Below are positions 19,885 through 33,286 of a stretch of DNA of 64,000 nt, piece after piece. The notes under the pieces were generated by a model. The model was not told the DNA's origin and did no database searches. It worked only from the letters and a program-made list of their open reading frames with translations. This DNA comes from Arcobacteraceae bacterium. Its GTDB lineage: Bacteria; Campylobacterota; Campylobacteria; Campylobacterales; Arcobacteraceae. A program made the position numbers and the translations under genes. The stretch covers positions 896,001 through 960,000 of the forward strand of contig OY759974.1 in the NCBI GenBank assembly GCA_963662945.1. Reading direction: 5' to 3'. The number at the start of each line of letters is the position of its first letter. The first letter of the stretch is position 1.

Positions 19885-20305
19885 TAATCCATCCTCCAGC
19901 AATTCTTTCTATTACTTCTGCAATACCAGCCTGCACATAACTTATATCATCAAGGAATTCTTCTTTTTTCCAATTCATTGTGTCCATAGTATTAATACAA
20001 CCTATAAATTCCACATCATATTCCATTAAAGAGTTTATTTTTTTAAGAGTTTCTGCATCATAATCTTTTCTTAATACCCTCATCCCTTGTGCATAAGCTA
20101 CAACTGAGATTTTAATACTTTCTGTTGGATATACTTTTAATACATTGTAAATTGAACCTAGCATATGATTTACCGTTTCAATATTTGCACTTCTAAGTTT
20201 TATTACCCATTTTCTTGGTTGTTCAAAAGTTGGTTTTGGATCAGAAAACTCCATTTGGGCAAACGACAATACCGAGATCATCATTAACAAAATTAACTTT
20301 TTCAT
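19868..20305 (-). CDS. Secreted DsrE-family protein
   Basis: Signal peptide MKKLILL; ISVVAYAQG...FIGCINTM...VQAGIAEV pattern. Confidence 0.8.
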   Translation of the reverse strand: MKKLILLMMISVLSFAQMEFSDPKPTFEQPRKWVIKLRSANIETVNHMLGSIYNVLKVYPTESIKISVVAYAQGMRVLRKDYDAETLKKINSLMEYDVEFIGCINTMDTMNWKKEEFLDDISYVQAGIAEVIERIAGGWINVTPY

Positions 20306-20394
20306 ATTTTCCCTTTTATTATAAATTTTTATAGTATATCTGATATTCAATTAAAATAAAAACAAAAGAATTGAAAAAAATTCATGAAAAATCC

Positions 20395-20423
20395 TTGACA
20401 AAAAATGAAAAATTTACTACAAT
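20395..20423 (+). promoter_or_regulatory. Sigma70 promoter of groESL
   Basis: TTGACA-N17-TACAAT. Confidence 0.8.
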
Positions 20424-20424
20424 T

Positions 20425-20451
20425 CTAGCACTCAAAATAAATGAGTGCTAA
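20425..20451. promoter_or_regulatory. CIRCE element (HrcA operator)
   Basis: CTAGCACTC-N9-GAGTGCTAA, one mismatch to the consensus, immediately after the -10 box. Confidence 0.93.
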
Positions 20452-20486
20452 TTAAAATTTTAAACTTAACATAGAAGGACTAAATT

Positions 20487-22399
<1,913 letters not shown>

Positions 22400-22418
22400 T
22401 CCCATTTTCTCTTCTTTC

Positions 22419-22452
22419 AACAAACCTCTTTATGGGGTTTGTTTCTTTTTTT
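22419..22452 (+). terminator. Terminator after groEL
   Basis: AACAAACCTC-tttat-GGGGTTTGTT followed by a T tract. Confidence 0.7.
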
Positions 22453-22562
22453 ATACTTTTCACTTAATCAATTCTTCTAAAATAAATATTTTAAAAAGTT
22501 ATTTTATACAATATTTACCCAAAATATAGTAAAGTTCACTATTATTTTATAAGGAACTGTAA

Positions 22563-23348
22563 ATGTTGAAAAAAACTTTCATCTATTTTATTACTCTACT
22601 ATTATTAAAGTCTTTTTTAATTGCGGATAGACTCACAGATGTAAAACAAAGTGGTATTCTCAAAGCAGGTGTAAAATATGATTTTGAACCGTTTGGTTTT
22701 ATTAATAATGATGGAAATGTTGTAGGTTTTGATATAGATTTATTAGAATATATCGCCAAAGATTTAGATGTAACTTTAAAAATACAACAAGTAACATCAA
22801 AAAATAGAATTACAATGATAGAAAATAATACTATTGATATAGCTGCAGCTTCAATGACCCACAAAGTAAATCGTGATGATACAATAGATTTTACGATTTC
22901 TTATTTCTTTGATGGACAAGCACTACTAACACGAAAATATTGTAAAAAAAGACAAGCTACAGGATTTAATGGTAAAGAAGTTGGTGCAATAGAAGGTGCG
23001 ACTAGTGGTAAAAATCTAAAAAAAATAGCTCCAAAAGTAAGAATCATCTATTTTAAAACTTATGATGAAGCTATTGTTGCACTTCAAAAAGGTGAAATTG
23101 ATGCTATTACTACAGATTTAGTCTGGTGTAGTATACAAGCTCAAAAATCAAATGGCGAATTTAAAGTATTAAATGACACAATATCTTTTGAACCATATGG
23201 TATGGGAATACCTGAAAATGAATCCAACTTTAGAGATGCTATAAATTTTTCAATTCAAAAAGCTGTATTAGATGGAACATATGTAAAATTATACAAAAAA
23301 TGGTTTCATAAAGAGCCAGAAAGACTACCAGAAATCTGGCCAAACTAA
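22563..23348 (+). CDS. Amino-acid ABC-type substrate-binding protein (family 3); no permease or ATPase adjacent
   Basis: GVKYDFEPFGF...GFDIDL...RI...DFTISYF...EPYGMG. Confidence 0.88.
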   Translation: MLKKTFIYFITLLLLKSFLIADRLTDVKQSGILKAGVKYDFEPFGFINNDGNVVGFDIDLLEYIAKDLDVTLKIQQVTSKNRITMIENNTIDIAAASMTHKVNRDDTIDFTISYFFDGQALLTRKYCKKRQATGFNGKEVGAIEGATSGKNLKKIAPKVRIIYFKTYDEAIVALQKGEIDAITTDLVWCSIQAQKSNGEFKVLNDTISFEPYGMGIPENESNFRDAINFSIQKAVLDGTYVKLYKKWFHKEPERLPEIWPN

Positions 23349-23444
23349 AATCATTGATTATATTTATAAGATAAACTAATATAACTTTAAGTTATACCAA
23401 AGCAAGACTGTTTTACAATGTTTTGTAAATTTTAAGGAGATAAA

Positions 23445-24983
23445 ATGAAAAAAAGTATTATAGCACTATCTGCAATTGCTGCGCTCTCAACAGCATCAGT
23501 TGCAAATGATGATGTCAAGTTACAATTAGAGTTGTTAAAAAACCAAATTAAACAGCTTGAAGCAAAAATGGAAGCAAATGAAAAAGCGGTACAAAAAGTT
23601 GAAAAAACTGTAATTACAAATAAGAAAAATATTACAGAAAATAAAATTCTAGCAAATAATGATAACATTAAATGGGATATTGATTTTAGAACAGCTATGG
23701 ATAATATTCATTATAAAAGAGCTAGTGGGGCAAAGGCATCAAATCCTGATTTACTAACTAATAGACTTTGGTTAGGAATGGGTTATGCGCCAGATGCGAA
23801 TAACCTTTTCAAAGGTAAATTATCTTATTACAAAGCATATGGAGATACTGCAAACCATAGTCAATCTAATACACAACCAGGATATGCAAATTTTGATTGG
23901 GTTACAAATGAAAATGCTACAGATAACTCACTCAAAGTAAAAGAAGCATATTGGTTATATATGAATGATACATTTATGGGTACAAAAGTGCCTTGGACTG
24001 TTTCTGTAGGGCGAAGACCATCAACAGATGGACTTGGAATCAATATGAGAGAAGGGATGAAAGACAACTCTCCATTATCACATACGGTAAATGTTGAGTT
24101 TGATGGATTAAGTGCAAAATTCAACCTTGATAAAGTAACTGGAGTAGAAGGTATGTGGTGGAAACTATGTACTGGAAGAGGCTTAACAAATGCTAGTCCA
24201 CGATTTACTAATGGTGGAATAGATTATGCAGCAAGTACTACTGCGTCAAATACACATGATGTAAATATGTATGGATTTATTTTTGTACCGTGGGACAATG
24301 GGCAATACTCTGTTCATACAAACTGGGCAAGAGCTGAAAATATGATTGGTTTTGCTTCTAATGGGACAACTTACATGTCAACAAGCGGTCTTTATGATGT
24401 TAATATGACAACAATATTCCCAGCATTTAAAAGTTTTGGAGATATGGACTTACTAACAGTTATGGCAAAAGCGGAAGGTATAGGAGATGGAATTTCAGAT
24501 TTCTTGGATGATACAAGAGTATTTGCTTCGTGGGCACAATCAAAAACACATCCAAAGTCTCCTGTTTCTGGGGAATCAGCTAGAATGCTTGGTTCTACAA
24601 AGTCAGAAACTGGTTCTTCTATGTGGGTTGGTGTAAATATGCCTTGTCCTTTAACAAAAGATGGTAGAATTGGAATTGAATGGAATAAAGGTAGTAAATA
24701 TTGGAGAAGTGTAACTTATGGTGAAGACACAATGGTAGGAAGTAAAATAGCTGCTCGTGGTACTGCTTGGGAAGTTTACTATAATAAACCATTAACAAAA
24801 GCTCTTACATTCAATGCAAGATATACAATGATTGATTATGATTACACTGGAAGTAATGCATTCTTTGGTGATGATGGTGCACCAGTTGACTTATCAACAA
24901 TCAATGCAACTAATGCAGCGACTTATGGTGATCCTGTTAAAGAAGCGAAAGATATAAGACTATCTATTAGCTACAGATACTAA
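23445..24983 (+). CDS. DUF3373-like outer-membrane beta-barrel protein
   Basis: Signal peptide, N-terminal coiled coil, LTNRLWL and SVGRRPSTDG motifs, C-terminal aromatic residue. Confidence 0.75.
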   Translation: MKKSIIALSAIAALSTASVANDDVKLQLELLKNQIKQLEAKMEANEKAVQKVEKTVITNKKNITENKILANNDNIKWDIDFRTAMDNIHYKRASGAKASNPDLLTNRLWLGMGYAPDANNLFKGKLSYYKAYGDTANHSQSNTQPGYANFDWVTNENATDNSLKVKEAYWLYMNDTFMGTKVPWTVSVGRRPSTDGLGINMREGMKDNSPLSHTVNVEFDGLSAKFNLDKVTGVEGMWWKLCTGRGLTNASPRFTNGGIDYAASTTASNTHDVNMYGFIFVPWDNGQYSVHTNWARAENMIGFASNGTTYMSTSGLYDVNMTTIFPAFKSFGDMDLLTVMAKAEGIGDGISDFLDDTRVFASWAQSKTHPKSPVSGESARMLGSTKSETGSSMWVGVNMPCPLTKDGRIGIEWNKGSKYWRSVTYGEDTMVGSKIAARGTAWEVYYNKPLTKALTFNARYTMIDYDYTGSNAFFGDDGAPVDLSTINATNAATYGDPVKEAKDIRLSISYRY

Positions 24984-24986
24984 AAC

Positions 24987-26090
24987 TTACAAAAGAGTAG
25001 AGAGTAACTTCTCTGCTTCTTTTTTACTACAAATTTCTCCCTCAAGTTGTTTTGTATATATTTTTTTTAAAATCATTCCAAATTTTTCACTTGGCTTATA
25101 TCCTAAATTTATTAAATCTTTTCCTCGTATAAATGCTTGAGGCATAGTAGTCATTATGGTATATTTTACAAAAATTTCTTCTGCTTCATTATGAATATTT
25201 TTTAATTGATTGTTATATATTTTTGGTACTTGAAACTTTTGAAGTTCATTGATTGTTTTTTTTAATACTTTATTATCTGATATACTTGTTAAAATATTAG
25301 ATATAAAATAAAACATTAATACTAAATTATCTTTCTTCTTTAATGTTTTATATTGAACCATCTCATCAATATTCTTAAAAATATCACTTGAAATATTTAT
25401 TATATTTAATTGAGTTAATAAAGATAAACCTATAGAAGGTCTAGTTGATTGTAAAAGTAATTTTTCATATTCATAAAAAATTCTTTCTTTTGATAGGAGC
25501 TGAAAATCTTCTTTTAATACTATATCTTGACAAAGTTGTTTTGTAGCAATATCAATTTCTAATTCAAATCTAGCACATAACTGAGCTGCCCGATAAACAC
25601 GCAATGGATCTTCAATAAAACTTTTTTTATCAATATGTTTTAATTTTCTATTATAAATATCTATTATTCCATCAAAAGGATCTAAAAATTGATTTGTTTC
25701 ATAATCATATCCTATTGAATTTATAGTAAAATCTCTTCTTCTCGTTGCTTCTTTAAAGCTTAAATTACCGTCGATTGTAACTAAGAACTCTTTATGTCCC
25801 AAACCTATTTTATTTTCTTGCCTTGGAAATGAAAAATCATACACTTCTTCTTTACAATGAAGTTTTAATATCCCAAAACTTTTTCCTACAAAATTAACTG
25901 AACCAAATGTTTTCAATATTTCTACTAATTTATCTAAAGTAGCAAGATTATATACTTCAATATCATAATCAGAACATGATATACCAAAAAAATAATCTCG
26001 TACACTTCCACCAACAAGGATAGGTTTCCCCCCATGTAAAATTATTGAATCTAAAACAGTAATAAGATTTTTTGGTAGAATATCTTTCAT
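24987..26090 (-). CDS. cca: tRNA nucleotidyltransferase (CCA-adding enzyme), compact form
   Basis: VGGSVRD, DYDIE, RRRDFTIN, EDPLRVYR. Confidence 0.85.
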   Translation of the reverse strand: MKDILPKNLITVLDSIILHGGKPILVGGSVRDYFFGISCSDYDIEVYNLATLDKLVEILKTFGSVNFVGKSFGILKLHCKEEVYDFSFPRQENKIGLGHKEFLVTIDGNLSFKEATRRRDFTINSIGYDYETNQFLDPFDGIIDIYNRKLKHIDKKSFIEDPLRVYRAAQLCARFELEIDIATKQLCQDIVLKEDFQLLSKERIFYEYEKLLLQSTRPSIGLSLLTQLNIINISSDIFKNIDEMVQYKTLKKKDNLVLMFYFISNILTSISDNKVLKKTINELQKFQVPKIYNNQLKNIHNEAEEIFVKYTIMTTMPQAFIRGKDLINLGYKPSEKFGMILKKIYTKQLEGEICSKKEAEKLLSTLL

Positions 26091-26125
26091 GAGTTATTAT
26101 AGTGTTTCATATATTTTAAAATAAT

Positions 26126-26161
26126 AAAAAAAAGGGATGCAATCTCTTGCATCCCTTTTTT
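26126..26161 (-). terminator. Terminator after rplT
   Basis: AAAGGGATGCAA-tctc-TTGCATCCCTTT flanked by A/T tracts. Confidence 0.88.
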
Positions 26162-26184
26162 ACACCACAATATAAGACTATGTC

Positions 26185-26538
26185 TTATAAAGCTGCTTTA
26201 GCACTTGCTACAAGTGTTTGAAATGATGCGTAATCATTCATAGCCATATCAGCAAGAATTTTTCTATCAAGTGATATTCCTGCTTTATTTAGACCATTCA
26301 TAAATCTTGAGTAGCTAATGTCATTTAATCTACACGCCGCATTAATTCTAACAATCCAAAGTTTTCTGAAATCTCTTTTCTTTTGTCTTCTATCTCTAAA
26401 AGCATAAACTAAACTTCTCTCAACTTGCTCTTTCGCTTTTCTAAAGTGTTTTCTTCTACCACTGTAGAATCCTTTAGCCATTTTAAGAATTTTTTTGTGT
26501 CTTGCTCTTCTTATTGTACCTGTTTTTACTCTTGGCAT
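26185..26538 (-). CDS. rplT: 50S ribosomal protein L20
   Basis: MPRVKTG...[13 protein letters not shown]. Confidence 0.99.
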   Translation of the reverse strand: MPRVKTGTIRRARHKKILKMAKGFYSGRRKHFRKAKEQVERSLVYAFRDRRQKKRDFRKLWIVRINAACRLNDISYSRFMNGLNKAGISLDRKILADMAMNDYASFQTLVASAKAAL

Positions 26539-26653
26539 TTTATTTTCCTTTCTTTACCATAAATACTGTAATATTTTGGTGTCTGTACATTTTGTACTGA
26601 ACTTATCCGAACTTAATCGGAGGGACTAATTACTGAAAATTTGTTAATAAAGG

Positions 26654-26851
26654 TTACCCTTTATTTAACATCTTTTTAACTCTTGAAGCATCTGCATCAG
26701 ATACTACTTGTGGACCTCTTAAAGCTACTTTTCTTTTTTGGCTCTTCTTAGTAAGAATGTGACTTCTAAAAGCACTTCCTCTTTTGATAGAACCATTTTT
26801 TTTCACTTTAAATCTTTTTAAAGCTCCACTGTTAGATTTCATCTTTGGCAT
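26654..26851 (-). CDS. rpmI: 50S ribosomal protein L35
   Basis: [15 protein letters not shown]...HILTKK. Confidence 0.98.
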   Translation of the reverse strand: MPKMKSNSGALKRFKVKKNGSIKRGSAFRSHILTKKSQKRKVALRGPQVVSDADASRVKKMLNKG

Positions 26852-26974
26852 TGTTAGACTCCTTTGCAATTTTTATCAAATTTGTATATCTTCTAAAATA
26901 AAAAATCCACAAACTTAAATAAGTTGTGGATTATACAGTTTTTATACTTTAAATTATTTTAAATAGAAAATATA

Positions 26975-27517
26975 TTATTTCCCACTACCTTTTAATGGAG
27001 TAACTAACATATTTACATATCTACCTTCAAGTTTTGGATCACCATCTTTTATGGCAACATCTTCTATCATACTCCATACTTTAGCTAGAACTTCAGCACC
27101 TGCAGCAGGATTTGCCATTTCTCTACCTCTTAAGAATACTCTAAATTTTACATGATTCCCTTTTTCAAGAAACTCTAAAGCATGTTTTACTTTGTAGTCA
27201 ATATCATTTTGAGCTATTTTTACAGAAAGTTTTATCTCTTTTGTAACAATAATCTTTTGATTTTTTTTAGCTTCTTTTTGTTTTTTCTCTTGTTGATATT
27301 TAAACTTTCCATAGTTCATTATTTTAACAACAGGAGGTTGAGCATTGGGAGCAATACATACTAAATCAAGCCCTGCTTCATCAGCCAAAGCTAATGCCTC
27401 ACGTGAACTCATAATTCCATGACTAGATCCATCTTCTGCGTTACATCTAACCTCTTTAAATCTTATATCTTCATTTAGTAATGTATCATCTGTTTTTTTG
27501 TTGTTTTTTAAACTCAA
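26975..27517 (-). CDS. infC: Translation initiation factor IF-3 (TTG start overlapping the thrS stop)
   Basis: [36 protein letters not shown]. Confidence 0.97.
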   Translation of the reverse strand: MSLKNNKKTDDTLLNEDIRFKEVRCNAEDGSSHGIMSSREALALADEAGLDLVCIAPNAQPPVVKIMNYGKFKYQQEKKQKEAKKNQKIIVTKEIKLSVKIAQNDIDYKVKHALEFLEKGNHVKFRVFLRGREMANPAAGAEVLAKVWSMIEDVAIKDGDPKLEGRYVNMLVTPLKGSGK

Positions 27518-29331
27518 ATTTTATCCCCTGTTTTTTGTTGTTGTAACATATCTATAAACTCTTGTTTTGACATCTCACTTCTCTCCCGCTTTCTTCTATC
27601 CCTTAATGCAATTGTTTCATTTGCCACTTCATCATCACCTACTACAACGATCATTGGTACTCTTTGTTTTTCAGCAATTCTAATTCTTTTATTTAGACTC
27701 TCATTTTGACTAAACACTTCATTATCAATGTCAATCATTTGTAGTTCTTGTGATAATTTTTTAGCATACTCTAAATGAGTATCCGCAATTGGCACAATAA
27801 TTACACCAGTTGGTGCAATACTCAATGGAAATTCTCCAGCATAATGTTCAGTAAGTATTCCAATAAATCTTTCAAAACTTCCTAAAATAGCTCTATGAAT
27901 CATTACAGGTCTCTCTTTTTTATCTTGAGAAGTTGTATAATGAATATCAAATCTCTCTGGTAAATTCATATCTACTTGTATTGTACCACATTGCCATTTT
28001 CTACCAATAGCATCAAGAATTTTTATATCTATCTTAGGACCATAAAATGCTCCTCCACCCTCATCTATTCCATAAGTGTAACCATTTTCATCTAAAGCAT
28101 CCATAATACCTTTTGTAGTACTTTCCCAAAATGCATCATCACCAATGGCCTTTTTAGGTTTAGTAGATACTTCCATTTCATAAGTAAACTCAAAATGTTT
28201 CATTAAAGATTCAACGAACTCTAACACTTCAATAATTACATCTTTTACTTGAGATTGCATACAAAAAATATGTGCATCATCTTGTGTAAATTCTCTTACA
28301 CGAAATAATCCATGCATAGCACCACTTAGCTCATGTCTATGAACTACACCATATTCAAAAAATTTCAATGGCAAATCTTTGTACGATACCAAATCATTTT
28401 TAAATACTTCAATATGTCCAACACAGTTCATAGGTTTTATACCATACTCCTGCCCATCAATTTCAGTAAAATACATATTTTCTTTATAATTTGCATAATG
28501 ACCAGATTTTACCCATGCTTCTGCTTTAAGAATTTCTGGACCTCGAACAGGTTGATAACCTCTCATTCTATGTGCTTTATATAAAAGTTGTTCTAGTTTT
28601 CCTCTTAATCTTGAACCAGCAGGAAGCCATAAAGGAAGCCCAGCTCCTATATCATCACTAAAAGTAAATAATTTAAGATCTGTACCTAATCTTCTATGAT
28701 CTCTTTTTTTTGCCTCTTCAAGCATAGTTACATAATCTTTTAACTCTTGTTTATCAAAAAAAGCAATACCGTAGATTCTTGTGATCATTTCATTAGCTTC
28801 ATCACCACCAAGGTATGCACCTGCAACTCTAATAAGTTTAAAATTTCTTATTAAATTTGTATTTGGAACATGTGGTCCTCGACATAAATCTTCAAAATCC
28901 CCTTGTGTATAAACTGTTAAAACATCATCTGTTATTTTTTCCAACACTGCTTGCTTTAATTCATCACTTGCAAACTTTTTAATAATATCTTTTCTTGATA
29001 CTTCACTTCTTGTTATAGGTAACTTTCTACCAGCAATCTCTTTCATCTTTTTTTCAATTACTGTTAAATCATCATCATTTAATTGATGATTTAATTTAAA
29101 ATCGTAATAGAATCCCTCATCTACAACAGGTCCCACAAAAAATTTTGCTTCACTATGTAACTCTTTAATTGCTTGTGCCATTAAATGAGCTGTTGAGTGT
29201 CTTAATATCTCTAATGATTCTTTTGAACCATCAGCGTATATTTTTTCTTCATCTGTAGCATTAATACCTAAAGCCTCTGCAGTTTGAAGATCATATATTT
29301 GACCTTCTCTCTTTATCCCTATATAATCCAA
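27514..29331 (-). CDS. thrS: Threonine--tRNA ligase
   Basis: [37 protein letters not shown]. Confidence 0.99.
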   Translation of the reverse strand: MDYIGIKREGQIYDLQTAEALGINATDEEKIYADGSKESLEILRHSTAHLMAQAIKELHSEAKFFVGPVVDEGFYYDFKLNHQLNDDDLTVIEKKMKEIAGRKLPITRSEVSRKDIIKKFASDELKQAVLEKITDDVLTVYTQGDFEDLCRGPHVPNTNLIRNFKLIRVAGAYLGGDEANEMITRIYGIAFFDKQELKDYVTMLEEAKKRDHRRLGTDLKLFTFSDDIGAGLPLWLPAGSRLRGKLEQLLYKAHRMRGYQPVRGPEILKAEAWVKSGHYANYKENMYFTEIDGQEYGIKPMNCVGHIEVFKNDLVSYKDLPLKFFEYGVVHRHELSGAMHGLFRVREFTQDDAHIFCMQSQVKDVIIEVLEFVESLMKHFEFTYEMEVSTKPKKAIGDDAFWESTTKGIMDALDENGYTYGIDEGGGAFYGPKIDIKILDAIGRKWQCGTIQVDMNLPERFDIHYTTSQDKKERPVMIHRAILGSFERFIGILTEHYAGEFPLSIAPTGVIIVPIADTHLEYAKKLSQELQMIDIDNEVFSQNESLNKRIRIAEKQRVPMIVVVGDDEVANETIALRDRRKRERSEMSKQEFIDMLQQQKTGDKI

Positions 29332-29454
29332 TAAAGTCCTTTTATATTATATTTAATTAAATTATCTAAATTTTAGCAAACTTGAACTTAAATCAAACAT
29401 TGTTATAATTATATTTCTGATATTATTAATGAATATTACATTGGGAATTTAAAT

Positions 29455-29829
29455 ATGGGAAGAATACTAATAGCAGAAGATATTAAACTTATAAGTTTAC
29501 ATTTAAAAAAAGTTTTACAAAAATTAAATCAAAATGTATTATCAATTGTAGAGTCACCGGATGAAGCTTTTAAAATTTTATCAAATGATGATAATATAGA
29601 TATATTATTTTTAAGTGATTCTTTAATAGGTAATAATAGTATTCCTGATAGTCTAGAGTTAACAAAAAAAATAATGGACAATCAACCACATCTAAAAATT
29701 ATAATTGTAACTAGTCAAGGAAAAAAACAAACTATTTTAAAATTTATAAATAACGGTGCTAAAACTTTTGTAGAAAAACCGTTAAATACAAATAATATTC
29801 AAAATATTCTAACAGAAATTAATATTTAA
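29455..29829 (+). CDS. Single-domain CheY-like response regulator
   Basis: RILIAED, IIIVTS, GAKTFVEKP. Confidence 0.8.
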   Translation: MGRILIAEDIKLISLHLKKVLQKLNQNVLSIVESPDEAFKILSNDDNIDILFLSDSLIGNNSIPDSLELTKKIMDNQPHLKIIIVTSQGKKQTILKFINNGAKTFVEKPLNTNNIQNILTEINI

Positions 29830-30902
29830 TTACAATAAACTTTTTTTATATTTTTTATTGTGCTATTCATATTAAGTAGTAGCATATCAACTAGCACTAA
29901 GCTCATCATTGATTCACAAACAACACTACCTCTTAAAGCGACACAGGGATCATGCCGTCCTTTTAAATTATAAATTGTATCTGTATTATTTATATCAACA
30001 GTTTTTTGCTCACAAAATATCGAAGGAGTTGGTTTAAAATATACTTTAGTAAGAATATCATCACCATTACTAATTCCTCCTAATATTCCTCCGCTATGGT
30101 TTGTTTGAAAGCCTTGAGAGGTAATTTGATCATTATTGAAACTTCCTTTTGCTCTACTTGACTCCACACCATCACCTATTTCAACTGCTTTAACAGCATT
30201 TAATCCCATCATTGCTTCGGCAATTTGACCATCAAGTTTATGGTACATAGGTTCCCCAAGTCCTACCGGTACACCAATAGCTTTGACTAATACCACTCCA
30301 CCTACAGAATCATGATTTGTCATTGCTTCTTTGATAACATCTTTTTGTATTTGTTCTTTGTCTTTATCTAACGCAAAGATTTCACTTTGTTTTGCATATT
30401 CAAAATCAAAATTTTCTGATTTTATTCCTCCAACTTCACAAATACCACTTTCTACTTTGATATCAAGTTCTTTTAAAATAAGTTTAGCAATAGCACCTGC
30501 TGCAACTCTTGCTGCAGTTTCACGAGCGGAACTTCGACCACCTCCTCTATAATCTCTTATCCCATATTTGTGGAAATAAGTAAAATCGGCATGACCCGGT
30601 CTAAATAAATCTTTTACATTTGAATAATCATTACTTTTTTGATTTTCATTATATAAAACCATTGCAATTGGCGTACCTGTACTTAAGCCTTCAAATACAC
30701 CGCTTAAAATTTGTATTTTATCACTTTCTTTTCTTTGTGTCTCATATTTGGTTTTGCCAGGTTTTCGTCTATCCATCTCACTTTGAATAAACTCTTCATC
30801 AATTTTAATTCCAGCAGGAACACCATCAACAATGCATCCTAAAGCAACTCCATGTGATTCACCAAAAGTTGTAAACTTAAACCTTGCTCCAAAACTATTC
30901 AT
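29826..30902 (-). CDS. aroC: Chorismate synthase
   Basis: FGESHG, RPGHAD, GGGRSSARETA, GRHDPC. Confidence 0.99.
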   Translation of the reverse strand: MNSFGARFKFTTFGESHGVALGCIVDGVPAGIKIDEEFIQSEMDRRKPGKTKYETQRKESDKIQILSGVFEGLSTGTPIAMVLYNENQKSNDYSNVKDLFRPGHADFTYFHKYGIRDYRGGGRSSARETAARVAAGAIAKLILKELDIKVESGICEVGGIKSENFDFEYAKQSEIFALDKDKEQIQKDVIKEAMTNHDSVGGVVLVKAIGVPVGLGEPMYHKLDGQIAEAMMGLNAVKAVEIGDGVESSRAKGSFNNDQITSQGFQTNHSGGILGGISNGDDILTKVYFKPTPSIFCEQKTVDINNTDTIYNLKGRHDPCVALRGSVVCESMMSLVLVDMLLLNMNSTIKNIKKVYCN

Positions 30903-31582
30903 TATTTTGTACCTTGAAGTTGATTTAGAACAATTTTTGCTGCTGCTTGTTGTGCTAATTTTTTACTTTTCCCTTTTGCTGTTGCATAATGTTTATCATT
31001 AATCCATAAAGAAAGTTCAAATTCTTTTTCATGATCAGGGCCTACTGCTGCTTCTAATTTATACACAGGAATTGCACCAAATTTTGCTTGAGTAACTTCT
31101 TGCAATGCAGTTTTATAATCACTAAAAAGCTCATCTAAATTTATCTCATCATAATTTTCTGTTAAAAGTTTTAAAATTAAAGGTTTTAAAACAGTCAATC
31201 CTGATTCAATATAAATTGCACCCATAATTGCTTCAAAAGCATCACTCAAAATTGAAGCTTTTTTTCTTCCTTGATTTCGTTCTTCTGCTTCACTTAGAAA
31301 TATATAATCTCCTAAATGAATTGCTCTTGCTAACTTTGTAAAACCTTTTTCATTTACTAAACTAGCCCTTATTTTAGATAACTCTCCCTCATTTGAAGAT
31401 GGAAATTTATTAAATAAAAATTCACCAACTATTAAATTAAGAACGGCATCTCCTAAAAATTCCAATCTTTCATTATTAAAAACTTTTTTATAACTTTTAT
31501 GCGTAAGTGCTTCGATTATCAGATCTTTATTTTCAAACTGATAACCCAAGCACTTTTCAAGTTCTTTATATTCTTTATGCAC
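30902..31582 (-). CDS. rnc: Ribonuclease III
   Basis: [12 protein letters not shown] signature, ds[11 protein letters not shown]. Confidence 0.98.
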   Translation of the reverse strand: MHKEYKELEKCLGYQFENKDLIIEALTHKSYKKVFNNERLEFLGDAVLNLIVGEFLFNKFPSSNEGELSKIRASLVNEKGFTKLARAIHLGDYIFLSEAEERNQGRKKASILSDAFEAIMGAIYIESGLTVLKPLILKLLTENYDEINLDELFSDYKTALQEVTQAKFGAIPVYKLEAAVGPDHEKEFELSLWINDKHYATAKGKSKKLAQQAAAKIVLNQLQGTK

Positions 31583-31632
31583 TTATACTCCTTTGGTATA
31601 TAAAATTTCTCTAATTTTATCTAAAACTAAAT

Positions 31633-31667
31633 AAAAAAACTCCCCAAGGATAACCTTGAGGAGTTTT
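31633..31667 (-). terminator. Terminator after glnK
   Basis: AAAACTCCCCAAGG-ataa-CCTTGAGGAGTTTT with the A tract on the downstream side. Confidence 0.75.
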
Positions 31668-31717
31668 AGAGTTGAGTAAAACTTTAGTTTTAATTCATAG
31701 AGTATTAGTATAAAATA

Positions 31718-32068
<351 letters not shown>

Positions 32069-32071
32069 CTA

Positions 32072-33286
32072 TTATGCTTTTTTGAATTCTGGGTAACATT
32101 CAAGACCTGTCTCATGAATATCTAAACCATTGATTTCTGTCTCTTCATCTACTCTTAATCCAACGATCATATCTAGTATTTTCCAGATTATGAATGAAAC
32201 GATAAATACGAATGCTCCAATTACTACTACACCTTTAAGTTGTGCCATAAATGTTGCACTTTCTGTAAATAATCCTACTGCTAATGTTCCCCAGATACCT
32301 GCTACTAAGTGAACTGATAATGCACCAACTGGATCATCTATTCTTAGTTTATCAAAGAAAGGAACTGCTACTACTACTATTAAAGCACCTACTGCACCTA
32401 CACCGAATGCGTACATCATACCTGCATCTGGAGCTGCTGTTACAGAAACTAGACCTGCTAATGCACCATTTAATACCATTGTTAAATCAACTTTTTTATA
32501 AAGTATTTGAGTTAAGATTGCTGCTACTATTGAACCTGTTGCTGCTGCCATATTTGTATTTGCAACTACCATAGCAATACCAGTAATATCATCTTTAGAA
32601 CCTAATGCTAATTGAGAACCACCATTAAATCCGAACCATCCCATCCATAGAATGAATGTACCTAAAGTTGCCAGAGTAAGGTTTGAACCTGGAATTGGTT
32701 TTACTTTACCATCTGCTGTATATTTACCTTTTCTTGCACCAATGATTAGAACACCTGCTAAAGCTGCCCAACCACCAACACTGTGAACGATTGTAGAACC
32801 AGCGAAGTCAGAGAATCCTGCTAATATACCACCAAGTTCTGATCCACCCCATGTCCAGTGACCTTGTAGAGGATAAATTACACCACTTAAAAGAACAACG
32901 AAGATTAGGAATGGCCATAATTTCATTCTTTCTGCTACTGATCCACTAATTACTGAAGCAGCTGTTGCTACGAACATTACTTGGAAGAAGAAATCTGATG
33001 CTTTTGGGTATGTTGCATCTGCTGCATTTGCCATATCTACTACTGATAAGCTTCCCATAAATGCTCCACCTTCTCCATACATTAGGTCATAACCTATGAA
33101 GTAGTACATTATACAACTAATTGAGAACAATGCTAAATTCTTTGTTAAGATTGTTGCATTATTTTTTGATCTTGTAAGACCTGCCTCTAACATCGCGAAT
33201 CCTGCTGCCATCCACATAACTAGTATACCTGAAATAACGAACAAGAATCCATCTAAGATAAACTTGACATCATTGAAATTTTCCAT
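32072..33286 (-). CDS. amtB: Ammonium transporter
   Basis: DFAGSTIVH, GWFGFNGGS, DDPVGALSVH; start taken at MENFND after GGAG. Confidence 0.96.
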   Translation of the reverse strand: MENFNDVKFILDGFLFVISGILVMWMAAGFAMLEAGLTRSKNNATILTKNLALFSISCIMYYFIGYDLMYGEGGAFMGSLSVVDMANAADATYPKASDFFFQVMFVATAASVISGSVAERMKLWPFLIFVVLLSGVIYPLQGHWTWGGSELGGILAGFSDFAGSTIVHSVGGWAALAGVLIIGARKGKYTADGKVKPIPGSNLTLATLGTFILWMGWFGFNGGSQLALGSKDDITGIAMVVANTNMAAATGSIVAAILTQILYKKVDLTMVLNGALAGLVSVTAAPDAGMMYAFGVGAVGALIVVVAVPFFDKLRIDDPVGALSVHLVAGIWGTLAVGLFTESATFMAQLKGVVVIGAFVFIVSFIIWKILDMIVGLRVDEETEINGLDIHETGLECYPEFKKA

